Below, in pieces: positions 1 through 12,266 of a DNA stretch of 64,000 nt; the first letter of the stretch is position 1, and each line of letters starts with the position of its first letter. A program made the translations under genes and the position numbers. The notes beneath the pieces were generated by a model. That model was not told the origin of the DNA. It saw nothing but the letters and a program-made list of their open reading frames with translations, and made no database searches. Origin of the DNA: Geosiphon pyriformis uo1 (lineage: Eukaryota; Fungi; Glomeromycota); NCBI GenBank assembly GCA_016748015.1, contig JAAOMT010000086.1:1-64000 (forward strand). The letters run 5' to 3'.

Positions 1-240
1 TATTGTTTTTCAATATAATTAAAAAAATAATTAAAAAATTTATATAAAAAACAAATAAGCTTTAAATTAACTTAATAAAATTATAAAAAACATAAAGCTC
101 TTAAAAAAACAACTATAAAAATACAAATAAAAATTTTGAATATTATATAATTAAATATTTTTAAAGTTTTAATTATTATTAATATTATATGTATTAATTA
201 TTTATTATTATATAATTAATCATTTTATTTTCAGATAATA

Positions 241-324
241 ATTGTTAATTTGATTAATAATTTGATTATTAATCTAATTATTAACTTAATTATTAATTTA
301 ATTGTTAATCTAATTATTAATAGT
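241..324. repeat. Degenerate 12-bp minisatellite (ATTRTTAATYTR), about 7 units
   Basis: attgttaatttg attaataatttg attattaatcta attattaactta attattaattta attgttaatcta attattaatagt. Confidence 0.6.
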
Positions 325-819
325 TACATATAAAAAATCATAAAATCTAAAAATTAAATACAATAAAAATATATCCAATATTTTTTCTTATTTTATTTAT
401 TTCTCTTTTTTAATTTTTTATCTTTAAGTATTTAAATATTTGTAAATAAAAAACTAATTGGTATTTCTTAATTTAATTTAAAAAATATTTGTTTGCTTTT
501 GTAATTTTTTGAATAAAAAAACAATTAAAAAGCACAATACCTATTATTGATTTTTAAAATCACCAAGTAAAACATAAAATAATCGCAATAGTGTTATTTT
601 ATTAACAATCATGAACTATTTTTCTATTTTCAAATTTTCCAAAAAAAATTAAGTGATTCTAAAATTGATTACACACATTGAATCTTTACAAATTCAATTC
701 GTTTCTTTGATTGAATTTCCTTTTTTATTATTTCCATTACTCAAACCCGTAACAATATATTGTTCAATTAATTAATCTAAAATATTGAATTGTTAATCTA
801 ATAAAAAATCATGTCATTT

Positions 820-3800
820 TTATTTTTCATACACAAGTGGCATCATTGATCGCAATAGTGACTTAACATTTTCATGTTTAGCCAAATTTAAAGGATCAGG
901 CCATGCACACAAAAGCTGTTTCAAAATACTAATATCATCATCACTCAATTTATCCAGGCAACGATACAAAATCTTATCCAACCCTAATCCAGATAGACAA
1001 TATTGTGCCTTTGCTTTACCTGCTTTCTCTGCTTCAAGTCGTGTCTTCTTTTGTAACTTTGTGTTAAAGGCTGGAAAGCTCTCGATATAAAATGAATCCA
1101 AAGCTGGCTCTGGAGCACCCAGCTGAAGATATAGAGACAGGTAGGGATTTTGGTTTTCCTCTGTAGTTTTACCTTTATAGACAAACTCCCTCGAGAGTTT
1201 ACTTGTGGCTGATGAAGGCCAATGAGCATCGTAAACCTTACTCCAATTCTTGACTTGAATTAGAAAGTAAGACATTGAATCAACTGAAATAGGACTAGAT
1301 CCATCCCAATCCAACAAAACTGGAATTATCAAGTCAACTCCTGCTTGGTTACGTTTACATATCACAGCTGCGAAGCGAATGAATAGAGTTCTCAATTGTG
1401 TCTGGTTTGGGGTGTAAGTAACCGGAATGAAGTGTGTAAATGCAAGTAAACCATCAGCCAACTTTTGAGGGAAACTTTGAATATGTTCGTCATAGTTCTC
1501 CTGCCCGAAAAGAGATATCAAAAACTCCTTCACTCTAATTGGGCATGAAACAAACTCCTTCGAATATCCTAGATTTCCCAAGTGTGGTGATATATCTCTA
1601 TCTCTAGTAGCATGATCCCAAGCGATCATTAAAAGTAAACGGGCGACCAACTCTCCACGATAGCCAGGTTCTATATAACCAGTGTGTAATGCATCTAGTA
1701 GAAAGTGGAGTAGTTTTCTCAACACATTCTGGTCTTTCATAAGCAATGCTGCAGCCTCAGCAAGTATCGGTTCAGACGGATAGAATGCCAATAGTTTATG
1801 CCGATCCTCTGAAACGTGAACGCATATCCCCATGAATCCGGCAACTAATTCCGAAGCAATGCGAGACTCAGCTGTGACATCAAGTGAGATGCGAGAAGAT
1901 AAAATAGCGAGACCAGAAGCTAAAGTTGGTTTGTTAAGCCAATCATACACGGTTATACCTCCACCCAAGAGTTTTTGTCGTGCTAGTTTCATAAGTTCAT
2001 TGAGTTTGGCAGCACTCCTCAAAGCCGCACCCCACAAAGGTCGTCCTAGTGCGAACAGCTCTTCTAACTTTAATAGTTGTTCCGAGTCTGAGTTTGTTTG
2101 GCTAAATAAATCAAACGTACCCATAAAATAAAATGGCGGGAAAAGTTTATTCTTATTTAAGTATAATCGGGCCGAGGGATCCAAAGATGCTAATGGCGCA
2201 AAGTCAGCAAGGTTCGAAATGGTATCAGCGAATATGGCAAAAACGCCCGAAGGAAGACAACATAAAGCTCGCCGAGTGTGGATAAACGCTTTACTTTGTC
2301 CTAACGTCCCTAGTAAAGTCCGTGATTCATCAAACGCGAATACAAGTTTTGCCTTTTTGTTGACGATCTTCGATAAATGCGGTTCAACCTTTTTCCAAAC
2401 TTCTGCAATTTTATTTGCACAAGATGTTTCATCCATCAGATTTAACTCAATTGAGCCTTCTTTCCAGGATGTCACTAAGCTATTAGCTTTGTTTATTATT
2501 TTTTTTTCAAATTCGGGATCTCGCTGTTGATTCTTCCAATCTTCAATGCTTTTTCCGTCAAGAAATTCTATACAACTACAGAAAAATGCCGCTATGTAAA
2601 CCATTTCATTTTCCTCCTGATAAAGAAAGAAATTACGAACAGTTGGTGTCGCGAGTGGAACTCCTGAACTAGAATTCGCATGAAAGCATAAGTATATAAC
2701 AAAGCGGTCTTGAGCAAGCTGATGAAGAAGTCTAGACTTCCCAGTCCCAGATCCTTGGAAGAGAACACTGTATGGAGCATAATATATAAGATCCTGAGCA
2801 GTTTCCCACTCGTGTGCACAGTCGTCAATATGTTTTTCAAAAAGCTGCAAGACACCGAGATCATCTTTGTATTTTTGCTCAAATGCCTCCACCATTGATC
2901 CTGAATTTCATGCATTATAGTTAGAAATGAGAAAGGATAGTTAAAATATTAATTAGATTCAGTTACAAAAGAAGAAAGGTACTCACTTTTCAGAGATTCT
3001 GAGATAGAGGAGATGAAATCTCTGCCAGTTTCTAGAAAGAATTATAACTTAGTATTTATACTAGATGAAACTTAATACTAAAAAGGATCACTTCAAACTC
3101 AAAACACATGTTAATAAAAATAGATTGAACAAATAACCTACCAGTGGAAGACTTAGCTATAAGAAACAAATAAAGCACATCGGCGACAAGAAAAGGGAAG
3201 GAAGAAAGCAATAGTTAATTAACATCATAAGAGTATATCGAGCGTTCTCTCAAATAGATGAAAACGGGTATAGATGATAGATAACGGAGGTGAAGAGTAA
3301 AACTTAAGTTAAGAGCTAACATTAAGTCAAAAGGTTTTATTATTGAGTTAAATGCAAAGCAATTTTGGAAGTAAGAGGCAGAAGTAAATGAGCACAAATT
3401 AGTCAAATGAACGAAGGATAATGGTAATAGGGTGGATAAGAAAGTACTTTTTTATCCTACTCCATTTCCCAACGCCCGAGTTACCTGTCTTAGTTGCTTC
3501 CATCAACGTATTTTGTAATTTTTGCATTTGCATCTTCCACTCGTTCTTTTCTACTTTTAACTCGTTCTTGTCTACTTTTAGCTCCTTCACTTCTTCTTCT
3601 AGCTTTTCATTTTGCTTTTCATTTTGCTTTTCTAGCTTTTCTTTTTGCTTTTCTAGCTTTTCTTTTTGCTTTTCTAGCTCTTGCATATCTTCTATCCACC
3701 AATGCTTTTCGTTTTCGTTCTTGTACTTCTCCTGTCTCAAATTCTTCTTCAATTCAAGTAACTCATCTTCCTTTTCACGTAACTCATCTTCCTTTTCACG

Positions 3801-3953
3801 TAACTCATCTTCCTTCTCACCCTCCATAAACTTTTCTAGCTTCTCCTCCTTTTCCTTCAGCTTCTCCTCCTTTTCCTTCAGCTTCTCCTCGCATTTATCA
3901 TACTGGGTCTTAGCGTATTCTAATTCACGTTCGATTTTGTCCACACTAGCCAT
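820..3953 (-). CDS. Coiled-coil + P-loop NTPase + PD-(D/E)XK-like nuclease protein (Crinkler-type NTPase-REase). Spliced model 3953-3485, 3156-3142, 3031-2987, 2900-820; 869 aa
   Basis: Walker A GSGTGKS, Walker B FAFDES, RGELVARLLL, FTHF and REase-like GVDLIIPV...IQVKN in the 691-aa ORF. Three GT..AG introns (donors gtaact, gtaggt, gtgagt; last acceptor has a ctaac branch site and cag) keep phase 1 and join the E/K-rich ORF 3399..3953 in frame (2610 nt). CpG is retained and there are no stops. Confidence 0.8.
3541..3890 (-). repeat. In-frame 21-nt (heptad) tandem repeats in exon 1
   Basis: KLKEKEE, ELREKED, KLEKQKE and ELKVxKN units, each repeated 2-3 times at DNA level (e.g. aactcatcttccttttcacgt). 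Confidence 0.85.
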
Positions 3954-4072
3954 GGTGTTTTGCGTGTTTGTTAAGGTTTGGGAAGATATGGCCTAATATA
4001 TGTTTGGTTCGTGTCAATGACGTTTCAGATCTTTGATTTATCAGTATAAATTTAACAAACCCCGTTATTGTT

Positions 4073-4092
4073 NNNNNNNNNNNNNNNNNNNN
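4073..4092. other. Assembly gap (20 N)
   Basis: Run of n. Confidence 1.
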
Positions 4093-4809
4093 TCATATAA
4101 TTGTTATTTAATAATTATTGTATTGTGCAATATTTCATTAATATGTTTATTAATCTTGAATAAAATTCGTTTTATTATTTTAAAATAAAAATAATTGTAA
4201 GTTTTAAAAATTAGAATTAATACTATTAAAATTGAAAAAAATCAAGCCAGTATTAAAATATATTTTTATTATTATTTTATATATTATATTTAACTTTAAA
4301 ACTTATTAAATAAAAGTTTATGTATTTTAATTTGTAAATAAAACAAATTTAATAATGTTATTTTTATGTATTAATTAAATATAATTTAATTAAAACTTAA
4401 AATATGTAACCAATTATTTATATTAAACTATATAAATTAAAAAAACCATTTGTTTTTATTTTATTTATATATTTAACAACTTTTTATTTAAATACTAATT
4501 TAATTTTTATTTTAAACATTATATATTTAAGTTTTAATAACTTTATATTTTACAAAATTTTTAATTAGTTATTTTTATTTTTATTATAGATTTTATAATT
4601 TTTAAGCAATAAAACAATAATATTAATAATATTTTTAATTTAAAAAAATTTTCAAATAAAACTATTTTTAAAAAAGTAAAAAAACAGTTTTTTAAAAAAA
4701 AATTCTGTTTTTATTATATTTTTATTAATACTTTACAAGACAATAATTTTTTTGTTTTAAACTTAATAATTATTATTAATAATACTATAATTAAAAAGAA
4801 TTGATAATA

Positions 4810-7548
4810 GAATCAATTAAGTTATGACTAATTTTGGTTTAACAAGTGAGTACTAAGTGTATAATAGTCTGGATCAGAGTGAGGTTTTTTTTTTGCTTTA
4901 GAGAATATTTTATGACTCTTTGTTGTGTGAAGTTAAATGACAGAAAATTTTATGTAATTATTATATTAACACTAAGTTTATTGCTAAGACTAACAGGTTA
5001 GAGAATCAGAATAGAATAACTTTTTTTCTTGTGGTTGGCACTTTTATTAATAACACAATTTGGATTAAGAACAACCAAGCAGCCACTCAGTACATTTTGG
5101 ACATTGCTAATAGCTTTTTTAAGATTAATGATACTTTGATCAATAATAAAAAGACAATTACCATTTTTATTAACTAACAAATCTGTTTTATTGTTAATTA
5201 GTAGTTTGCTGATTTTGGTTGCCCAGAAGGAAGAGTCTCATAGATACTTTGGTATTTTTCTGTCTTTTAAAGGTCTGTCCAAACCAAGCATGGCAAAGAC
5301 TTATTTGAATATTAAGTTTTTTGTCAATTTGGTTTTAAAAAAGGCAATCTCAAACAAGCAGTTTTTTTATTTAGTCTTAGCTGTGCTTTAATTTATAATT
5401 AGTTATAAATTTCAGTTTAGTTTTATCTTTAAAAGTATATATTTTAAGTGGAATATGATAATTAGGAAGAGTTTAAAAATGAAAACTGACTTACCAAGAG
5501 ATTTTTCTAATAAAACTCTTTACTATTCTTTGTTGTATAACATAAAGTCTTTTGAACAATTGTAGACTGAATACAAAGTGGCTTCTGTATTGAGTTTCTC
5601 AAATACTGGTGGAATTTTTGGTAGGTTGTTTGATCATAGATCTTTGGACCTGCAAATTATGAGTTAATTTCTTATTTATCAGCTGTATTGATTCATAAAG
5701 CTATAAGCCAGTTTAGTAAACAATTTTTTAGCTGATATAGTTCAGATTTTTTTGAATTGTAATATGTTCTTGAACAATTTTATCTTGTTTGCTTTTTGTT
5801 TTTTTTGGTGGCATTCTAATATCTTTTGTTTTGGGTGATTTCATGTTTTTTAATGTTTCACATTTACTTAAAAGATTTGAAATTGCTTTTGTTGATCAAT
5901 TATATGACAGAAAGAGTTTAATCTTCAATTGGAAAAAATTCTGCTGTTAAAAGAAGCTTGACTCAAGGAATTTAATCTTTGGCTAGTTTAGTTTAGCATA
6001 TAATTTTTTGAGTTGGTCCTCTCTTTTTGTTAAATTATCTATTGTTTTTTACTATTTTTTGTCTATATGTAATTCTGATGGCATTTTTAAGATAAAAAAA
6101 AGTCTTGTTGCCTCTGGTTTAAGTATTATTAATGTTTATACAGATGAGTCTTTAAGGAATTTGAACACACATGAGATAAAATATGGAGCAGCTGCATATT
6201 TTTCTGATCTGAATTTAGGTGTTGGCATTAATGTTAATAAGTTGGTATCCTCTATATTGGCAGAATTGCAGGCAATTATTTTGGCTCTGAAATGTGTTCT
6301 TTTTGGCAGCTTGGTTTTAATGTATTTGAACAGTCAAGCTGCCCTAAATACTTATGCTACTGAGTTAGTTTTGGCTCTGCCTAACTATTATAATTGGTGT
6401 TAAATAAAGTAATAAAAAGTTGTAACATCTATTAAAAATAAGAGACTTAGTATTTCTTAGTGCAAAGTCAAAGAACATTCTGGTATCTTAGGCAATAAAC
6501 ATGCTAATAAGCTGGCTGGCTTGACTGCTGGTTCAGGTTTAATGCTTCTATTCTGGTTTGTGATAGATTTTTTAAGACTAGTGGAATGGTGGTATTTAAT
6601 AATACTCACTGTTTTGTTTGGAGTATTTATAGGGCTGTTTATTATGCATATTGGGAGATTAAATTTGGTTTTGGTGTTATTAATACAGGCTTTATTGGTA
6701 ATGTGGATTGGGTTTATATTGCTTTTGTTTGGTGTTTTAACTCTCATATGGCAGCTGGGTTTACAAATAAGTCTACAGCCAGTTTAAATTTATATTTTAT
6801 AAAAGTTGTGTACTACCATTTACCAATTGCTATATGGAAATAATTGTATAATAAAAAGTATTTAAGTGTATTGTGTATTTATAGTGGGGAGGTGAAAAAT
6901 TCTGATCATTTTTTTGTATGCCAAATGGACTCTGCAATTTGTGGTTTTCTGCTTACATCTTATCTGGATCAGTGACATGTTATGTCAGGTTAAGTCTGTT
7001 ATTGTCTTGAGTTTTGCAGATAATCTCTTTGTGCACTTCTAATGACAATTTGTATACTATTTTGTGTAAGAACTTTTTGTTTAAAGATTAGTTTTTGAAG
7101 ACAGTAACCATTTTTGATGATGTGGAATCAATTAGTAAGGGTGTTGTTAATTTTGTTTGGAGCATAGAAACTATTTATCATACTAATGTGTAATTAGTTA
7201 GAGCTAAATATAGAATGTTTATGGAAAAGAGAAGATTAATTTCGCATAATGTCTCAGTGTTTCTCATAGTTTATGGTCTGTTATTCTTATTTTCTGTTGG
7301 GATTGTTAGATTGCTTGGAATAGCAGAAACACTTGGTGTTTGTCTTGGTTTCCGTAAGCTCTGTGGTTTTTTTTTTGGTGTTGATAGTGTAGTGTCAGTT
7401 AAGATAAATTTATAATGTTGCTTTGATTGATCCAAGTGACTGGTTATATGTAGAAAGTGCATGATTTATGTCTAATTTAGATTACTTAATTTGATGTATT
7501 GTGTTAAATAGTATTTGAGTCTTACTTGTTAAATGTTAAAAAAAAAAA
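4810..7548 (+). mobile_element. 5'-truncated degenerate LINE (3' part of ORF2: RT, RNase H, C-terminal Zn-finger; poly-A tail)
   Basis: Decayed RT motifs (VMTNFGL..LDQSEVF; FINNTIW for FVDDTIW). RNase H YTDES/AELQAI/NSQAAL/KVKEHSG..GNKHANKLA at about 6130-6520. CxxC..DH..C relic at about 6870-6920. Poly-A at 7538-7548. Confidence 0.85.
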
Positions 7549-7801
7549 GTTAATAAATAGAACTATTTATGGTTTTATAAATAATATTTTTACACAAAAA
7601 TTTAAAGTTTTGGTTAAAAATATTAAAAACTTAGATAATAAAATAAATTTAATTTTAAAAATACTTTTAGATAATATTTGTATTAAATAAATTAAAAATA
7701 TAAAAACTAATTTTGTAAAAAAGATAAAAATTCTTTTAATATTAATATTAATTAAAAAACAAATAATAAAAGTAAGAGAAAAGTAAACAAATTTTTTTCT
7801 T

Positions 7802-10800
7802 GTCAATCCCCTGGCTATGATGAAAGCAAAAATTTTTTTTGAAAAAATAGCTTTTTTATTCTTTCTTTCTCTTTAGTTTATTCAAGCCATTTCTTTTATT
7901 AAACTAGTTGGCTCATTTGTTGATGGCTCTGGCTCGATTTTAGCTGGTCTGAGAACTCACTTAAATGCTAAAAAAAATCGTTTGAATAGTGTGTATTCTT
8001 GTGGTGCTTTTCATAAAAAACCAAAAAAGTTTGTCACAGATATAAATGTTATCAATTCATCTGTTGGTCCTTTGAGTCTCAAGGATGTGACTGGTACTGA
8101 TGAAAAGTCTGCTGTGTCTTGGAGTAGTGAAATGGATAGTGAAGCTAGTAGTATTAGTGGTTTGTTAGATGTAGAAAACATGAAAAATATGGTTACCAAA
8201 GAAACAAGTTATGTGAATTTTGACAATTCGGTAGTTGATGAAAACATAGATGACACTATGTTGCAAAAGACTTGCACTTAGATGTATGTGCTTAGCCAAC
8301 CTCTAAAAAGTCTAGTGTTTATTCATATGAGTGATGTTGATGACAACAATAACACTATATTGCTTTTATTATCTATGTTTATTGGTTCTAAGTGTTTTCT
8401 ATTGGCTAGATCATGTGTTTTAGAAAAACAAAGCTTTAATTTGACCAAATTTTTTGCTCTTAATATTAAGCTTTCTGCAGTACTAAGTAAAACTTCCAGT
8501 AAGAAATTGTTCAATGTGAAAAAATTTTTTTATCAAGTAGATGGTTTTGGAGAAGCTTCCACTCCCTCAAAATTTTCAGAGATTATCAAATTTTTTTTTA
8601 CTTTTGAATTAAGTCTGATTAAGACAAGGAAATTAGCTGTTTGTAAAAATATTCTGGTTAATAATGATGTAAGAAAGTAAACAGCCATACAGATCAGAAG
8701 GTAATTGTCAAAAAGATTCCAATTAATTTTCTTAAATTGGCAGTAGAATCAATTTTTTCTAAATTTGGTAAGAATGTGTCAATCAAGATACAATTGATTG
8801 GTTTATGGCAAAAGACTTTGGTGGAGTTTGAATCATCTGAAATGGCTAATTTGGTTGCTTCTAAATAGTTTGTTCTTATAAGAAAAAATTCTGTGCGTGT
8901 GACTTTGGCTATTGATAATAAGCAATCATGGATCTTAAAAGACCAATATTGGGCATTGTTGTATATATTACCAGTTGGAATTACTGCTTATGATCTTTCT
9001 GACTTGTTGAATTCTTATGATAAGAAAACATTTTTTATTGGTCACAATTCAAGTTTATATGTCTATAACAAATATATAGTAGTTTGTTTTAAGAATGAGA
9101 CATTCAAAGTGGCTGCTATTGGTTTTACTCCAGTTTTCAAGGGTGTGAATTTGCACTGAACTGGTCTATCTTTGGCTTGTTGTGCTCAGTGCAAACAATT
9201 TGGTCATGTTTCTGTTGATTGTGCAGTGGATGAAAATTGTGGTAGTCATAATAAGTAGGTAATTAATTCTTAGGACAGGGTTTACTTGGCCAATATTTAT
9301 AAGAAAAAGCAGGCACCCATCATTTGTCCAGTTTCTTTTGGTGGCAAAACTTGGGTCCAAGTTGCCAGTAGTTCTTCTTTTCTTGTGGTTCCTTTATTTT
9401 TTTCTGGTACTGGTTTGTTTTCTGGTGCTAAGTTTTTTTCTGGTGCTATATCTTTCTCATATATCTTTGCTTCTCTTGGCATCTCTGGTTTGTATGATCA
9501 TTTGGTGTCTTTAGAATGCTCTTTGGAACTTTTAGCTAATCAAGTTTCTAGTGTTATGAAAAAGTTGAGTTTTGTGGAACTGGTGCCTCTGTCATCTGTT
9601 TTTTAAGTACTCCCTTCAGCTGTTTCTGCACCTTTGACTTTGGGTTTGACTTTAAACATAGTCTTAAATAGTGTGTTAATGCCTTCTGTTTTCTCTTTTT
9701 CTGCTGTTGATAATAATGTTTTTGGTTTTAATTCAAGTAGCTCTAAGATTCTAACCACCAAAGTGAGTGGCTTAGAGTCAAAGTTGGTGTCTTTGGAAGC
9801 TTCAATCAGTTCAGTGCTGGTTAGATTGAATTGTTTGTGCTTTGTTTTGGGTGCTCCATTGCTTTCTTTATTCTAATAAGTAATCAGGTGTGCAAAATTG
9901 CCATGTACAATGTTAAAGAAATGAACAATCCTGCAAAACAGGACAACATTATTCATTGGCACAAAAACAAGAACAATTTAATTTCTATTTTTACAGAATC
10001 AAAGCTGAAAAAAAAAGTTTGTTCTTGGATTGTCAACAAATTTGATGGTATGCAAGTGTTTACTTCTGGTTTAGAATCTGGTTACCTGGGTGCTGGTGTT
10101 GTGATTATTATAAACTTTTTTTTAGCAAGACATGTGTACAAAGTTTTTAAAATACCTGGTTAGCTTCTATCTATTAAACTGCTTTTCAAAAACAAACTTT
10201 TAGTGTTAATTTTAGGGCTTTATGCTAAGACATCTTTGGCTGTTTGTTTTTCTCAAGCTAATAATATTAATTCCATGATTGCAAAAGCAGTCAATAAGGT
10301 TTTTTTTGTTGTTTTGAGTGGCAATTTCAATGAAGATGGTTCCACCAAGTGTGCCAGTTTCAAAAGATGCCTTAATTTGGATTTGGTAAACTCTTTGAGT
10401 GCAAGCTCATTGCAAAAGTGCTGACTTGAAACAATTCTTAAAGTGTAACTAAGACAATTGACTATGTGTTTATTTCTTCAAATTTGGTTAATACAGTAGT
10501 GGATTGCAGTATGGCTAATATTGAAAAATATTTTGATACTAATCACAGAGCTGTTTTTGTGTTCATAGGTTTGGGTGGTCTTCTAAATACATGGTTAACT
10601 TTTTTTCACAAGCAAGCTAATAGGGATCAGTGAAAGTTTGATTTCAAGAGTGCTGATGAAAATAAATAAGAATGTTTTTAAAATGTCACATTAGCCAATA
10701 CTGCATTGTTTTCAAATAAATTTGCTGTCTTAGTACAGTTATTGAATTTGGATGCTATATAAAATATAATTTGTAAGATAATGACTCATTTGACAAGTAA

Positions 10801-11376
10801 AATATTCAAAAAAAAATGGTTTAAGAACTTTAATAATGTCTTCATCAAAAATTTTTCAAGATTCTATAAGCTGGAACTTTTGGTTTTAAAAATTGTTAAG
10901 ACTTTTTATAAAGAGAGTAATATTAGTTTCACCTCCTTTATAAAATGATGGATTTCTTTGGACAATATTAAGACCTCAATTGTTTAGAATTTTATGGACT
11001 CTGGTGTAAACTCTGATTGTGTTTTTTTTGCTTTTTTTTGTGCAAGAAAATCTTACCATGCTTCCAAGTTTGTTGAGTTTCTAAGGGCTAATAAAGTGAA
11101 CATTAGGTCGGCTATAGACAAAAAAATGGAAAGTTTTGAGATAGATAAAGGTTATACTATCAGGAATGTATTGAAATGTTTTTTTCATAAAGTAGTGCTA
11201 AATCACTTATTTGTCAATGATGAGTTGATTCTGGAGCCTAATTTGGTTAAGTCTAAAGTGGATACTATTATAGAAAATTGGACTAGGAAGTGCCAAGTGG
11301 TGGCTGTTGTTCTTGATGATTAGTGTTATCAGTATCAACTTTTGGAGCATGTTTTTGATGGAGCTTTTTCTGGTGT
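7802..11376 (+). mobile_element. Degenerate LINE, 5' part (ORF1 with CCHC knuckle; ORF2 APE endonuclease), interrupted by LTR element A
   Basis: CAQCKQFGHVSVDC at 9181-9222. APE motifs KIAMYNVKEMN, TESKL, LSGNFNE (GDFN), TIDYVF and TNHRAV at about 9890-10560. Many transition-derived stops. Confidence 0.85.
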
Positions 11377-12250
11377 TGTTATGAGATAATTTTCTTGTTA
11401 TATTTAATTGCTGATATTTCATTTTAATTGCAATTAGTCTCTTGTGAGTTCCTCAATTCTATTTGTGTGATAATGTTACTGTTATACTAAAGGCTTTCTC
11501 TTTAATGTTGTGATGTAAGTTATTTCTCAATTTCTGATTGTTGTGTGTATTTATGTACTCCTTCTCAGAGGCTGAACTGAAATCTACCTACTGTTTGGGG
11601 TCTTCTCTGAGGCTATCCTTGCAATTGCCTGATGTGTTTTTTTAATCTAGAAACACGGAATATTAATGGCTTTTATCACTTTTTTTAATTCTCACAATAA
11701 AGCTTTTATCAATTAGTAACAACGTGAATAATCTTGATCAGAAATTATTCTTTCAAGGAATTCAACTGATGAATGATAGTTTCATTCAATAATTAACACA
11801 AGTGAGTTTCTTACTACTTTGGGGTTATTATAATTCAGTTTTAAATATTCTTTTTCATTTCTTTTTGATTTAAAAATTTTTTGGGATATTTAATTTAAAG
11901 ATACAATTTAAAGTAGAGTTTGTTGGATAAATTGGATCTATTGTTTGATAAGTTATGATTTTTATTACTTGATTGTCTTTTCTCAATATTAAAGCTACTG
12001 TATATATACATGTTTGTAGTTCTATGAGAAAACACATTATAATATTTTCTTTTTGATATTTCAACCTGGTGTTTGCTGCTATCATCAGTTGGTGTTGGCT
12101 GCTATTGTGAATTGGTGCTTGTCACTATTGTGAGATGGTGTTTGCTACTATGCTAATCATTACCTTTCTAAGATTATTACTGCACTATATTATGATTGAA
12201 TAGTTTATATTATTTTTATAATTTTTTTGCTAAATTCTTAAACCATAACA
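11377..12250 (-). repeat. 3' LTR of element A
   Basis: Colinear with 20162-21035; preceded on the minus strand by the PPT. Confidence 0.95.
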
Positions 12251-12266
12251 TTATCCCCTCTTTTCA
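12251..12266 (-). promoter_or_regulatory. Polypurine tract of element A
   Basis: Minus strand gaaaagaggggataa directly abutting the LTR TGTTA. Confidence 0.85.

Noticed and set aside
3421-3996. 191-aa F/S-rich plus-strand ORF (and 3494..3829)
   Set aside because: Antisense shadow of the E/K-rich coiled-coil exon.
741-4072. caaaccc(c)gt on both sides of the NTPase-nuclease gene as transposon ends/TSD
   Set aside because: Short, imperfect, next to a gap, and no terminal inverted repeats seen.
11870-12085. Duplicated 71-aa ORF (also 20655..20870)
   Set aside because: The duplication simply reflects the two LTRs of A; no motif supports coding.
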